This document shows positions 8,424 through 17,727 of a stretch of DNA of 64,000 nucleotides, one piece after another. Below the pieces are notes generated by a model that worked only from the letters and a program-made list of their open reading frames with translations, made no database searches and was not told the DNA's origin. Both the position numbers and the translations under genes were made by a program. Positions within the stretch are counted from its first letter, which is position 1. Each line of letters starts with the position of its first letter. Origin of the DNA: Oscillospiraceae bacterium (lineage in GTDB: Bacteria; Bacillota; Clostridia; Oscillospirales; UBA929); assembly GCA_009782215.1 (NCBI GenBank), contig WRKO01000001.1, forward strand, positions 149,064 through 213,063, written 5' to 3'.

Positions 8424-9830
8424 ATGAAGCTGTTTACACTGCTGCAAGCGCTTGACACATTGCAGACAAACGCGCCCTCCCTCGACTGCGAGGTAGACGG
8501 CGTGCATAATGATACGCGGCTGATGAAGCGGGGCGACCTGTTTGTCGCCGTTCCGGGCAGCGAGATGGACGGCCATTGCTATATCAAAAACGCCATTGCC
8601 GCCGGCGCGTCGATGATTGTCACCGAGCGCCCCCTCGACCCGTCCGTCCCGCACGTCGTCGTGCCGGACGCGCGCGCCGCGCTGGCAAAGCTGGCCGCCT
8701 GTATGCACGGATATCCCGCCGAAAAAATGATTCTGGCCGGCGTGACCGGAACCGAGGGAAAAACAACGGTCACGCATATCATCAAGGGCCTGATTGAAGG
8801 CGTGACCGGGCAAAAGGCGGGCCTCATCGGAACCATCCATATGGAACGCACCACCCCCGACGCCGTCGCGCTGAACAGGGTGTTCGCCGGAATGGTGAAC
8901 GGGGGCCGCACCCATTGCGTGATGGAGGTGTCCAGCCACGCGCTGGCGCAGTCCCGTGTGCTGGGCCTGCGCTACGCCGCCGGGGCGTTTACCAATCTCC
9001 ATCACGAGCACATGGATTACCATACGGATATGGAGGATTACTTCCAAGCCAAAAGCCGACTCTTTTCGCAATGCGAAAGGGTTATCATCAATATAGACGA
9101 CCCCTACGGACGGCGCCTGCGCGAGTCATACCCAGACGCAATCACCTTCGCCGTAGAACGCCCCGCCAACTTCAAAGCCGAAAACATAAAGCTTCACCCC
9201 AACAAAGTGACCTTCCAACTATCAACTGTCAACTGTCAACTATCAACTGAATGGCACACTCCCGGACTGTTCTCCGTCTACAACGCTCTGGCGGCGATGG
9301 CCGTCGGCCGCGCGCTGGGGCTGCCGTCGGAAGACATGGCAAGGGTTTTACCTTTACTGCCTCCAGTCAGAGGCCGGATGGAGACGGTGCCGCTCCCGAG
9401 AGACGATGTGCATGTCGTCATCGACTACGCCCACACGCCCGAAGCCGTCGCGGCGGCCTTAAAGACAGCGAAGACGTTTACCCAAGGGCGGCTGATTGCG
9501 CTGTTCGGCTGCGGCGGGGACAGGGATAAGAGCAAGCGCCCGCTGATGGGCGCGGCGGCGCGGGAACACGCCGATTTGTGCTTTGTCACGAGCGACAACC
9601 CGCGTTCGGAAGACCAGAGAAGCATCATAAACGATATTTTAACGGGGATGGGCGGCCACGGGTTTGTCGTGGAACCGGATCGCCGGGAAGCCATCCGCAT
9701 GGCGCTCGATGAACTGAAGTCTGGCGACACGCTGATGCTGATTGGCAAAGGGCATGAGACGGCTCAGGAGATTCACGGGGTCAAGCATCCGTTTGATGAA
9801 CGGGAAGTTGTGACGGAGGCGGTGAAATGA
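8424..9830 (+). CDS. murE: UDP-N-acetylmuramoyl-L-alanyl-D-glutamate--2,6-diaminopimelate ligase
   Basis: GVTGTEGKTT P-loop, Mur ligase middle domain, TSDNPRSED (DNPR, DAP-type) motif. Confidence 0.9.
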   Translation: MKLFTLLQALDTLQTNAPSLDCEVDGVHNDTRLMKRGDLFVAVPGSEMDGHCYIKNAIAAGASMIVTERPLDPSVPHVVVPDARAALAKLAACMHGYPAEKMILAGVTGTEGKTTVTHIIKGLIEGVTGQKAGLIGTIHMERTTPDAVALNRVFAGMVNGGRTHCVMEVSSHALAQSRVLGLRYAAGAFTNLHHEHMDYHTDMEDYFQAKSRLFSQCERVIINIDDPYGRRLRESYPDAITFAVERPANFKAENIKLHPNKVTFQLSTVNCQLSTEWHTPGLFSVYNALAAMAVGRALGLPSEDMARVLPLLPPVRGRMETVPLPRDDVHVVIDYAHTPEAVAAALKTAKTFTQGRLIALFGCGGDRDKSKRPLMGAAAREHADLCFVTSDNPRSEDQRSIINDILTGMGGHGFVVEPDRREAIRMALDELKSGDTLMLIGKGHETAQEIHGVKHPFDEREVVTEAVK

Positions 9831-10798
9831 TGACGGAAACCCTTCTCTCCGCGCTGGCCGCGCTGCTGGCCGCGCTGGCGTTCGGCGCGCTGCTGCTGCC
9901 GCTGCTGAGAAAGCTGAAGGTGGGGCAAAGAATCCTTGAGGTCGGCCCGAACTGGCATAAGACCAAGGAGGGGACGCCGACTATGGGCGGGTTTGTCTTC
10001 ATGCTCGCCGTCACGGCGGCGGCCGCCGTTTTCGGGTGGAGCGAGTCGGCGGAGGGACGGTATACCCACCTGTTCATCCTGCTGTTCGCGTGGATATGCG
10101 GCGGCATCGGGTTTGTCGACGACCTCGCCAAGGTGAAAAAAAATAAAAACCAAGGCCTGTCCGCACCCCAAAAGCTCCTGCTCCAGCTTTCCGCCGCGGC
10201 GGCCTTTCTGGCGCTGCTTCGGGTTTACGGCGGCATGGGGAGCGAGCTGGCCATCCCGTTTACATCGGTTGTCGTCGAGCTGCCGTGGCCGGTCTACCTC
10301 ACGCTGGCGATTTTATTTGTGGCAGGGATGATGAACGCCGTCAACTTCACCGACGGCATCGACGGGCTATGCTCCGGCGTGACGCTGCCGGCCGCCGTTT
10401 TCTTCGCCCTGCTGGCCCTGACGCTCGAAAGCGCGGGCGTATCCGTGTTCGCCGGGGCGCTGGCAGGGAGCCTGCTGGGGTTTTTATGGTTTAATTTTCA
10501 TCCCGCCAAGGTCTTTATGGGCGATACCGGCTCGCTGTTTTTGGGCGGCGCGCTGTGCGGCATGGCGTTCGCGCTGGACAGGCCGCTCCTGCTTGTCCCC
10601 GTCGCGCTGGTTCATCTGGTGGAAATTCTCTCCGTGGTGCTGCAGGTGTCTTATTTCAAGCTGACCAAGGGCAAGCGTATCTTCAAGATGTCGCCCATTC
10701 ATCATCATTTTGAGATGTGCGGCTGGGGCGAGAAGAAGATATTTGCCGTATTTACAGCAACGAGCGCGGTTTTCTGCGCCGTCGCGTGGTTTGGGTGA
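9827..10798 (+). CDS. mraY: phospho-N-acetylmuramoyl-pentapeptide transferase
   Basis: NAVNFTDGIDGL, GDTGSLFLGG, PIHHHFE motifs; multi-TM. Confidence 0.95.
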   Translation: MMTETLLSALAALLAALAFGALLLPLLRKLKVGQRILEVGPNWHKTKEGTPTMGGFVFMLAVTAAAAVFGWSESAEGRYTHLFILLFAWICGGIGFVDDLAKVKKNKNQGLSAPQKLLLQLSAAAAFLALLRVYGGMGSELAIPFTSVVVELPWPVYLTLAILFVAGMMNAVNFTDGIDGLCSGVTLPAAVFFALLALTLESAGVSVFAGALAGSLLGFLWFNFHPAKVFMGDTGSLFLGGALCGMAFALDRPLLLVPVALVHLVEILSVVLQVSYFKLTKGKRIFKMSPIHHHFEMCGWGEKKIFAVFTATSAVFCAVAWFG

Positions 10799-10802
10799 TA
10801 CG

Positions 10803-11969
10803 ATGGAAGGACTGGAGCAAAAGAGCATAGAGCAGGCGAAGCGCGACATGGAGCGCACCGCCAAGGGCCCGATGGACTTGCCGTTCGCCCTGCTGGTCGT
10901 CCTGCTCAGCGGCATCGGGCTGGTGATGATGTTCTCGGCCAGCTACGCCGTGGCGGACGTCAGGACAAGCACCCCGGCCTTCTATGTTTCGCGGCAGGGG
11001 CTGTATATGCTGATGGGCATGGCCGTCATGCTGATGGTCTCGCGCTTCAACTACAATTACTTCTCCTCGTTCTCCATCCCCGCCATGATTGCGGCGGTCG
11101 TCCTGCTGGTCGTGGTGCTGTTTGTCGGGAGCGACCAGAAGGAGGCGGTGCGCTGGATAAACTTCGGCTTTTTCAACATCCAGCCGTCGGAAATCGCCAA
11201 GGTGGCGGTCATCGTCCTGTTTGCCACCATGATTGCGGCGAGTCCGGGGCGCTTGGAGGAAAAAAGACTGCTGCCGGCGCTGTGGGGCGTCGCGCCCTAC
11301 ATGGGTCTGCTGGTGCTGATTGCGGGGCTGATGGCCTTGCAGCCGCACTTTTCCGGGATTATCCTCATCCTTGCCGTCGGAGGGGTGATGCTCTTTATGG
11401 GCGGCCTTGCCCTCCGGTGGATTGCCCTCGTGGGCGGGGCGGGCATCGGCGGGATGTACATACTGATTACCGCCACCGAATACGCCGCAAACCGCATCGC
11501 CATATGGCAGGATCCGTGGCTGGCGCCGAGAGACGGGGGCTGGCAGACGATTCAGTCCCTCTACGCGGTGGCGTCGGGCGGATGGTTCGGGCTTGGGCTG
11601 GGGCAAAGCCGCCAGAAATATTCCTATCTGCCCGAGCCGCATAACGACTTCGTGTTTGCCATCGTCTGCGAGGAGCTGGGGCTGTTCGGCGCGCTGGTGG
11701 TGCTGTTTCTGTTCATGCTGCTCATCGCCCGCGGGTTTTGGATTGCCCTCAACGCGCGCGACACCTTTGGCAGACTGCTAGTGGCGGGCGTCACCGTCCG
11801 CTTGGCCATCCAAACCTTCCTCAATGTGGCGGTCGTGACCAACCTCATCCCCGTGACCGGGATTTCCATGCCCTTCTTCTCCTACGGCGGCTCGTCGCTG
11901 GTCATCCAAATGGTGGAAATGGGCATCGTGCTGGCGGTATCAAGGCAGATACGGGCGACAAGCCCGTGA
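10803..11969 (+). CDS. ftsW: peptidoglycan glycosyltransferase FtsW/SpoVE (SEDS family)
   Basis: SEDS motifs (QPSEIAKV, PEPHNDFVFAIV, SYGGSSL); ATG 10803 chosen, the 10710 extension overlaps mraY and is Arg-rich. Confidence 0.88.
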   Translation: MEGLEQKSIEQAKRDMERTAKGPMDLPFALLVVLLSGIGLVMMFSASYAVADVRTSTPAFYVSRQGLYMLMGMAVMLMVSRFNYNYFSSFSIPAMIAAVVLLVVVLFVGSDQKEAVRWINFGFFNIQPSEIAKVAVIVLFATMIAASPGRLEEKRLLPALWGVAPYMGLLVLIAGLMALQPHFSGIILILAVGGVMLFMGGLALRWIALVGGAGIGGMYILITATEYAANRIAIWQDPWLAPRDGGWQTIQSLYAVASGGWFGLGLGQSRQKYSYLPEPHNDFVFAIVCEELGLFGALVVLFLFMLLIARGFWIALNARDTFGRLLVAGVTVRLAIQTFLNVAVVTNLIPVTGISMPFFSYGGSSLVIQMVEMGIVLAVSRQIRATSP

Positions 11970-11983
11970 AGGAGGCGGAAGCC

Positions 11984-13084
11984 ATGCGGTTTATCCTGAC
12001 CTGCGGCGGTTCGGGGGGACATATCAACCCGGCTCTGGCGGTGGCCCGCCTTTTGCGCGGAAGAGGGCATGAAACGCTGTTTATCGGGGCGAAGGCCGGG
12101 ATGGAACGCGACCTTGTGCCGCGCGAAGGCTTTGATATCGAGCTGCTTGACGTGCGGCCGCTCTCCCATTCGCTCTCGCCCAAGGCGGCGATTCGGAATG
12201 TCAAAGCCCTCGTGACGGCGGCGGGCGCGGTGGGGAAGGCAAAAAAGATTCTCAAAGCGTTCAAGCCCGACGCCGTGCTGGGGACGGGCGGCTATGCCGG
12301 GTTTCCCGCGCTCCGCGCGGCTTCGGCGCTGAACATCCGCGCGCTGGTGCATGAATCCAACGCGCACCCCGGCGTCACCACCAGAGCGGCGGCCAAACGC
12401 GCCGACGCCATACTGGTAGGGATGGAAAGCTGCCGCGCCGCGTATAAACGCCAAGACCGCGTTCATGTGACCGGCACGCCGGTACGGCCGGAGTTTTTCA
12501 CCGCCGACAGGCTGAAGGCGAGGGAAGCCCTGCGGCTGGACAACCGCCCGGTGATTGTCAGCCTATTCGGCTCGCAAGGCGCGAGGGATATGAACCGCAT
12601 GGTGCTGGAGCTGATGAAACTGGAGGACGGCGATTGGCAGCATATCCACGCGGCCGGCCCCAAACGGTATGACGCGCTCAGCAAGGAGGCGGCGGAACGC
12701 GGGCTGGTGTTTGACGGCGCCACAGGCCTTCGGATGCTGGACTATATCAGCAATATGGCGGAGGTGATGGCGGCGGCGGACTTGGTCGTCTGCCGCGCCG
12801 GGGCGTCCACGCTGGCGGAGCTGGCGGCGGCGGGCAAACCCGCCGTGCTGATTCCCAGCCCCAATGTGACGGCGGATCATCAAACCGCTAACGCCAGAAT
12901 GCTGGAAGCGGCGGGCGGCGCGGCGGTATTGCCGGAAGCCGGGCTGACGGCGGAGACGCTGTACCGCGCGGTGAAGGATTTGCTGAAGGATACGGCAAAA
13001 CGCGGGCAAATGAGCGCCGCGCTGAAAAAACTCGCGGTCGCCGATTCCGCCGAGCGCATCGCCGACATGATGACGGCGGGATAA
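11984..13084 (+). CDS. murG: UDP-GlcNAc--lipid I N-acetylglucosamine transferase
   Basis: CGGSGGHINPALAVA N-terminus, GAAGGASTLAEL-type C-domain (CRAGASTLAELAAAGKPAVLIP); GAAGGAGG SD before ATG 11984. Confidence 0.92.
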   Translation: MRFILTCGGSGGHINPALAVARLLRGRGHETLFIGAKAGMERDLVPREGFDIELLDVRPLSHSLSPKAAIRNVKALVTAAGAVGKAKKILKAFKPDAVLGTGGYAGFPALRAASALNIRALVHESNAHPGVTTRAAAKRADAILVGMESCRAAYKRQDRVHVTGTPVRPEFFTADRLKAREALRLDNRPVIVSLFGSQGARDMNRMVLELMKLEDGDWQHIHAAGPKRYDALSKEAAERGLVFDGATGLRMLDYISNMAEVMAAADLVVCRAGASTLAELAAAGKPAVLIPSPNVTADHQTANARMLEAAGGAAVLPEAGLTAETLYRAVKDLLKDTAKRGQMSAALKKLAVADSAERIADMMTAG

Positions 13085-13192
13085 AACGGCGTCCCGCCCG
13101 CGAAGAATCCCCCGGCGGTAACCACCGGGCCGAAACCCTCATAGGATGAACCGTATGCATCATTCTAAACCGGGGATTCGGAGGGAAACCGC

Positions 13193-14443
13193 ATGAGCGC
13201 GATTGTTATCACCGGAGGAAAGCCCCTGTCCGGCTCTGTCCGCGTCCAAGGCGCGAAAAACAGCGCGCTGCCCATTCTGGCGGCGTCTGTCTTAAACGCC
13301 GGGCAGTCGGTCGTCGGCAACTGCCCGGATTTGTCCGACGTAGATTCGTCCATCCGCATCCTGCGGCATCTGGGCTGCGCCGCGGAACGCGCCGGGGACA
13401 CGGTAACGGTAAACGCCTCCGGGATGAATCGGTTTGACATACCGGAAAGCCTCATGCGCGAGATGCGCTCCTCCGTGGTCTTTCTGGGCGCGATTCTCTC
13501 CCGGGCGGGAGAGGCGGTGATGAGCTATCCCGGCGGCTGTGATATAGGGCCGCGGCCGATAGATTTGCACCTGTCGGCGCTGAGGCAAATGGGCGCGGAG
13601 ATATGCGAGGAAGGCGGATTCCTTCGCTGTAAAGTAAAAGAATTTACAGGCTGCGGCATCCATCTCCCCCTCCCCAGCGTGGGCGCGACGGAAAACATCA
13701 TGCTCGCGGCGGCGCGCGCCCGTGGGACGACGCGGATTTTCAACGCGGCGCGGGAGCCGGAAATCGCGGACTTGCAAAATTATCTCAACGCGGCGGGCGG
13801 CCGGGTGTCCGGCGCGGGCAGCTCAACCATCGACGTCGAGGGCGTGCCGGAGCTGCGCGGGACGGAGCATCGCGTCATCCCGGACAGGATTGTCACAGCC
13901 ACCCTGCTTTCCGCCGCCGCGGCGGCGGGCGGCGAGGTTACGCTGACGGACGCGTGCCCGTTGGACGCGTCGGCAGTCATCTCCGTTCTGACGGACGCGG
14001 GCTGCGAAATCACGGCGCGGGGGACGGAGCTGCGGGCGTCGCGGCGGGGAACGCTTAGGGCAATGGGGCGGGTGCGCACCATGCCGCATCCGGGGTTCCC
14101 GACCGACGCGCAGGCGCTGGTGATGGCGGCGGCCTGCCGCGCCGACGGAGTCACGGTTTTCAGCGAGAAGATTTTCCAAAACCGCTATCAGCACGCGATG
14201 GAATTGCTGCGTATGGGCGCGGACATTCAAATCGAGGGGGAAGTGGCCGTCGTCCGGGGCGTGCCAAAGCTATACGGCGCGAGGGTCTGCTCAACCGATT
14301 TGCGGGGCGGCGCCGCGCTGGCGGTGGCGGCGCTGGCGGCCGAAGGCGAGACGGAGCTGTCCGGGCTGGAGCATATTGACAGGGGCTATGAGAAATTTGA
14401 GGCGATGTTAGCGGCGCTGGGGGCCGACATAAAACGCGTATAG
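13193..14443 (+). CDS. murA: UDP-N-acetylglucosamine 1-carboxyvinyltransferase
   Basis: ITGGKPLSGSVRVQGAKNSALPILAAS, active-site Cys in YPGGCDIGPRPIDLH. Confidence 0.93.
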   Translation: MSAIVITGGKPLSGSVRVQGAKNSALPILAASVLNAGQSVVGNCPDLSDVDSSIRILRHLGCAAERAGDTVTVNASGMNRFDIPESLMREMRSSVVFLGAILSRAGEAVMSYPGGCDIGPRPIDLHLSALRQMGAEICEEGGFLRCKVKEFTGCGIHLPLPSVGATENIMLAAARARGTTRIFNAAREPEIADLQNYLNAAGGRVSGAGSSTIDVEGVPELRGTEHRVIPDRIVTATLLSAAAAAGGEVTLTDACPLDASAVISVLTDAGCEITARGTELRASRRGTLRAMGRVRTMPHPGFPTDAQALVMAAACRADGVTVFSEKIFQNRYQHAMELLRMGADIQIEGEVAVVRGVPKLYGARVCSTDLRGGAALAVAALAAEGETELSGLEHIDRGYEKFEAMLAALGADIKRV

Positions 14444-14456
14444 GAGAAACAGGACG

Positions 14457-15227
14457 ATGCCGAAGGACAGAAAAAAACGCAGGCGGCGGGGAAAGGTTGG
14501 CTTTTTGCTCACCTTTCTGGTCATCGCGTTCCTCCTCCTGCTGATATTGAGCAGCGGCCTGTTTTTCAAGGTGAGCGACATCCGCGTGGAGGGGGCGTAC
14601 GCGGTCAGCCCGGAGCGGGTGATAGAGCTGTCCGGCTACGCGCACGGGGACAATATGTTCCTGCTCAACAAAGCCGCCGCCGCGCGCGCCGTCACGGCGG
14701 GGATGCCGTATGTCAGAAGTGTGAGAATCAAACGCGACTGGCCGGGCCGGGTGGTCATCGTCGTCAGCGAGGCCGCGCCCGCGGCGATGGCGGCGCACGA
14801 GGGCGAATACTGGCTGTTTGACGCGCAGGGGCGGCTGCTGGAAACGGCGCGCCTGATTCCGGCGCCGAAGCTGCCGAATGTCAAAGGGCTGTCCTTCCTC
14901 GACCCGATGGTCGGCACAAAGGTGTTCCCCATCCATGAAGACACCGCCAAGCTCGAACCGCTCCTCAGCCTGCTCAGGGCGATGCAGACGGAAAACCTGT
15001 GGCATGACGTGGCGGAAATCGACATATCGGCCCTCTCCAATGTCCGTTTCACATACACGGAACAATACAGGGTTGAAATGGGGCCGCCGGAGGCGATGGA
15101 GAAAAAATTGCAGATTATGATGCTGGCGCTTGAGCGGGAATCGGTTTCCGGCAGAGGGCCGGGGACGTTCTATCTGGCCGACGCCGCGGAGGACAAGCCG
15201 GTGCGGTTTGTGCCCGACGGCAATTAA
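14457..15227 (+). CDS. ftsQ: cell division protein FtsQ/DivIB (POTRA)
   Basis: Basic N-terminus, single TM, POTRA-like segment (VSDIRVEGAYAVSPERVIELSG), position before ftsZ. Confidence 0.75.
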   Translation: MPKDRKKRRRRGKVGFLLTFLVIAFLLLLILSSGLFFKVSDIRVEGAYAVSPERVIELSGYAHGDNMFLLNKAAAARAVTAGMPYVRSVRIKRDWPGRVVIVVSEAAPAAMAAHEGEYWLFDAQGRLLETARLIPAPKLPNVKGLSFLDPMVGTKVFPIHEDTAKLEPLLSLLRAMQTENLWHDVAEIDISALSNVRFTYTEQYRVEMGPPEAMEKKLQIMMLALERESVSGRGPGTFYLADAAEDKPVRFVPDGN

Positions 15228-15252
15228 TTTGTTACCGAAATGTAATTTACGC

Positions 15253-15281
15253 TTGACATTACTTCCCTTTACAGATACAAT
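15253..15281 (+). promoter_or_regulatory. sigma-A type promoter upstream of ftsZ
   Basis: TTGACA 15253-15258, 17-nt spacer, TACAAT 15276-15281. Confidence 0.5.
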
Positions 15282-15384
15282 ACAAAAGTACATGATTATT
15301 TCGCGGCGCGAAAGCGCAAAGAAAAAACCTTTACATACGCCCGGAAAAAGCCGGGCAGACACAAAAGACCGAGGAGATGAGGAC

Positions 15385-16530
15385 ATGGCCTTTGAGCTGG
15401 ACAGCGGGAACGAAAGCGTCGTATCCATAAAGGTAATCGGCATCGGCGGCGGCGGCAACAATGTCGTCAACCGCATGATGGAGGGCGGGGTCACCAGCGC
15501 CGACATGGTGGCCGTCAACACCGACCGACAGGCGCTTATCAAGGCGAGAGCCACGCATAAGCTGCAAATCGGCGAAAAGCAAACGGGCGGCAAGGGCGCG
15601 GGGAGCAACCCGGAAATTGGCCGCAAGTCGATGGAGGAAAGCCGTCAGGACATGGCGAAGATTCTCACCGACACCGATATGTGCTTCATATCCGCCGGGA
15701 TGGGCGGCGGCACCGGCACCGGCGCTTCGCCGATTGTGGCGGACATCGCCCGCGAACAGCATATCCTCACCATCGGCATCGTCACCAAGCCCTTCCACTT
15801 TGAAGGCCCTCACCGCATGAAGCAGGCCGAAGCGGGCATTGAGGAGCTGCGGAGCCGCGTCGATTCGCTCATCATCATCCCCAACGAACGGCTGAAGCTG
15901 GTTTCCGCCGAGAAAATCTCCTTCGCCACCGGCTTTAAGATTGCCGACGACGTGCTCAAGCAGGCGGTGCAGTCCATTTCCGACCTCATCAACACCACAC
16001 AGCTCATCAACCTTGACTTTGCCGACGTGAGCGCCATCATGCGCGACGCGGGCTACGCCCATATCGGCGTGGGCCACGCCACCGGCAAGGGCAAAGCGGA
16101 GGAAGCCAGCCGTCAGGCCATCCAAAGCCCGCTGCTGGAAACCACCATCAACGGCGCGAAGGGCGTTATCATCAACATCACCGGCGACAGCGACTTGGCG
16201 CTGGAGGACGTGGAAATGGCCGCCAACATGGTCAAAGGCGCCGTCCACCACGACGCGAATATCATCTTCGGCGCGGCCATCGACGAGGAGATGGACGACG
16301 AAATCCGCGTCATCGTCATCGCCACCGGCTTTGACGAAGGCGTCATCCGCCCCGACGATACGCTCTTTACCGGCTCCGCGGCGGCCAAGCCCGCCGCCAA
16401 GGCGGCGTCCCCGTCGGAAACGGCGGCGGAGGAGCAGGCGGCCCCCGCCCCGGCAGCCGCGGCGGAGAAAGAGGAGCCGGCCGAGGAAGACCCGTTCGAG
16501 TCTATTTTCAGGATATTCAACAAAAAATAG
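15385..16530 (+). CDS. ftsZ: cell division GTPase FtsZ
   Basis: IKVIGIGGGGNNVVNRM, GMGGGTGTGASP tubulin signature, acidic/Pro-Ala linker and conserved C-terminal peptide (DPFESIFRIF); GAGGAG SD before ATG 15385. Confidence 0.96.
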   Translation: MAFELDSGNESVVSIKVIGIGGGGNNVVNRMMEGGVTSADMVAVNTDRQALIKARATHKLQIGEKQTGGKGAGSNPEIGRKSMEESRQDMAKILTDTDMCFISAGMGGGTGTGASPIVADIAREQHILTIGIVTKPFHFEGPHRMKQAEAGIEELRSRVDSLIIIPNERLKLVSAEKISFATGFKIADDVLKQAVQSISDLINTTQLINLDFADVSAIMRDAGYAHIGVGHATGKGKAEEASRQAIQSPLLETTINGAKGVIINITGDSDLALEDVEMAANMVKGAVHHDANIIFGAAIDEEMDDEIRVIVIATGFDEGVIRPDDTLFTGSAAAKPAAKAASPSETAAEEQAAPAPAAAAEKEEPAEEDPFESIFRIFNKK

Positions 16531-16601
16531 GGGCGGATGCCCGCATCTGCCCTCGGCATGGAAACTGTATAAAAACGGGGCGATGCGGGCATCGCCCCCT
16601 A
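16529..16601. repeat. twin GC-rich palindromic units in inverted orientation (REP/BIME-like), may also act as ftsZ terminator
   Basis: GGGCGGATGCCCGCATCTGCCC 16531-16552 and GGGGCGATGCGGGCATCGCCCC 16577-16598, each a 9-bp stem; outer flanks TAGGGG...CCCCCTA; no T-tract. Confidence 0.6.
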
Positions 16602-16620
16602 CATATGTGGAGGAATCGGA

Positions 16621-17727
16621 ATGCAGAAAATCCGGCTGGGCGTCGTTGGCGCGGGCAACATAGGCCAGACGCATATCAAATACATCGCGGAGGGGAAAAC
16701 CCCGGAAATCGCCGTGACCGCCGTGGCCGACCGCCTCGGCGAGGCGCGGCGCAAGGCCGAGCCGTACGCCCCGGGAGCCGTTTTCTTTGAAGAGGGAGCA
16801 GACCTCATCCGCAGCGGCGCGTGCGACGCCGTGCTGATTGCCGTGCCGCATTATCAGCACACGGAGCTTTCCATCGCCGCGCTCAGGGCGGGGAAGCATG
16901 TGCTGTGCGAAAAACCGGCGGGCGTCTATACAAAGCAGGTCAAGGAGATGAATGCCGAGGCGGCGAAGCACCCCAAGCTGGCCTTCGGCATGATGTTTAA
17001 CCAGCGCACCAACTGCGTGTACAGAAAAATGCGGGAGCTGGTGCAATCCGGCGAACTGGGCGCCGTCAAGCGCGCCGTCTGGATCATCACCGACTGGTAC
17101 CGCCCGCAGTTTTACTATGATTCAGGCGGCTGGCGGGCGACGTGGGACGGCGAGGGCGGCGGCGTGCTGATCAACCAATGCCCGCACAACCTCGACCTGC
17201 TGCAATGGATCTGCGGGATGCCGTCAAAGGTGCGCGCCTTCTGCCATGAGGGCAAATGGCACGACATCGAGGTTGAGGACGACGTGACGGCCTACCTAGA
17301 GTTTCCCGGCGGCGCGACCGGCGTGCTGGTGACGACCACCGGCGACGCACCCGGCACCAACCGATTTGAAATCACGCTGGAGGGCGGCAAGCTGGTCTGC
17401 GAAAACAATAAGCTGACGCTGTGGCGGCTGGAGACAAACGAGCGCGAATACTGCAAAACCGCCAAAGACTACTTTGCCCCCCCGCCGCATACAGTGGAGG
17501 AAGTGGAGACGGACGGGCAAAACCCGCAGCACGCGGGCGTTTGCAACGCGTTTGCCGCCCATATCCTGCGCGGCGAGCCGCTCACGGCCCACGGGTCGGA
17601 GGGCTTGAACAGCTTGGAGCTGAGCAATGCCATGCAGCTCTCAAGCTGGCTGGGGCAGACGGTTGAGCTGCCGGCGGACGAAAATATGTATCTCAAACTG
17701 CTGAACGAGAAAAGAGGGATTGTATGA
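16621..17727 (+). CDS. Gfo/Idh/MocA family oxidoreductase
   Basis: IRLGVVGAGNIGQTHI Rossmann N-terminus, EKP motif (VLCEKPAG), 368 aa. Confidence 0.85.
   Translation: MQKIRLGVVGAGNIGQTHIKYIAEGKTPEIAVTAVADRLGEARRKAEPYAPGAVFFEEGADLIRSGACDAVLIAVPHYQHTELSIAALRAGKHVLCEKPAGVYTKQVKEMNAEAAKHPKLAFGMMFNQRTNCVYRKMRELVQSGELGAVKRAVWIITDWYRPQFYYDSGGWRATWDGEGGGVLINQCPHNLDLLQWICGMPSKVRAFCHEGKWHDIEVEDDVTAYLEFPGGATGVLVTTTGDAPGTNRFEITLEGGKLVCENNKLTLWRLETNEREYCKTAKDYFAPPPHTVEEVETDGQNPQHAGVCNAFAAHILRGEPLTAHGSEGLNSLELSNAMQLSSWLGQTVELPADENMYLKLLNEKRGIV

Noticed and set aside
7695-9071. Long antisense or alternative-frame ORFs overlapping well-supported genes. Examples: 493-2061(-), 7695-9071(-), 15331-17046(-), 22054-23439(-), 29777-31102(+), 34379-35968(-), 40069-41595(-), 41659-43353(-), 48787-50274(+), 52335-53834(+), 56754-57806(-), 60636-61631(-).
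   Set aside because: They are typical high-GC shadow ORFs. They are Arg/Gly/Ala/His/Pro-rich with no motifs, and each lies fully inside a gene on the other strand or frame that carries unambiguous family signatures.
9218-9248. About four tandem copies of a 7-nt unit (CAACTRT) inside murE, considered as a possible slipped-strand phase-variation tract.
   Set aside because: It is effectively a 21-nt in-frame duplication (QLSTVNC-QLST) in a normally variable segment just before the conserved GxFxxYN motif. murE is essential, there are only a few copies, and I see no evidence of switching.
10710-10802. N-terminal extensions offered by the ORF track for ftsW (10710), murG (11738), ftsZ (15130), tilS (38022), the beta-propeller gene (24846), the sigma factor (20706), gdpP (34409), valS (31192), and the cca-like and rmuC genes.
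   Set aside because: The extensions overlap upstream genes and are Arg-rich or low-complexity. Internal starts have good SD sequences and match the conserved N-termini of the families.
13112-13128. Imperfect palindrome CCGGCGGTAACCACCGG after murG, considered as a terminator.
   Set aside because: It has a central mismatch and only 4+3 bp of pairing, and there is no T-tract. murA follows within 65 nt and is probably co-transcribed.
15228-15384. I searched the ftsQ-ftsZ gap for ftsA or a remnant.
   Set aside because: The gap is 157 nt of AT-rich DNA containing a promoter-like TTGACA-17-TACAAT, with no coding potential.
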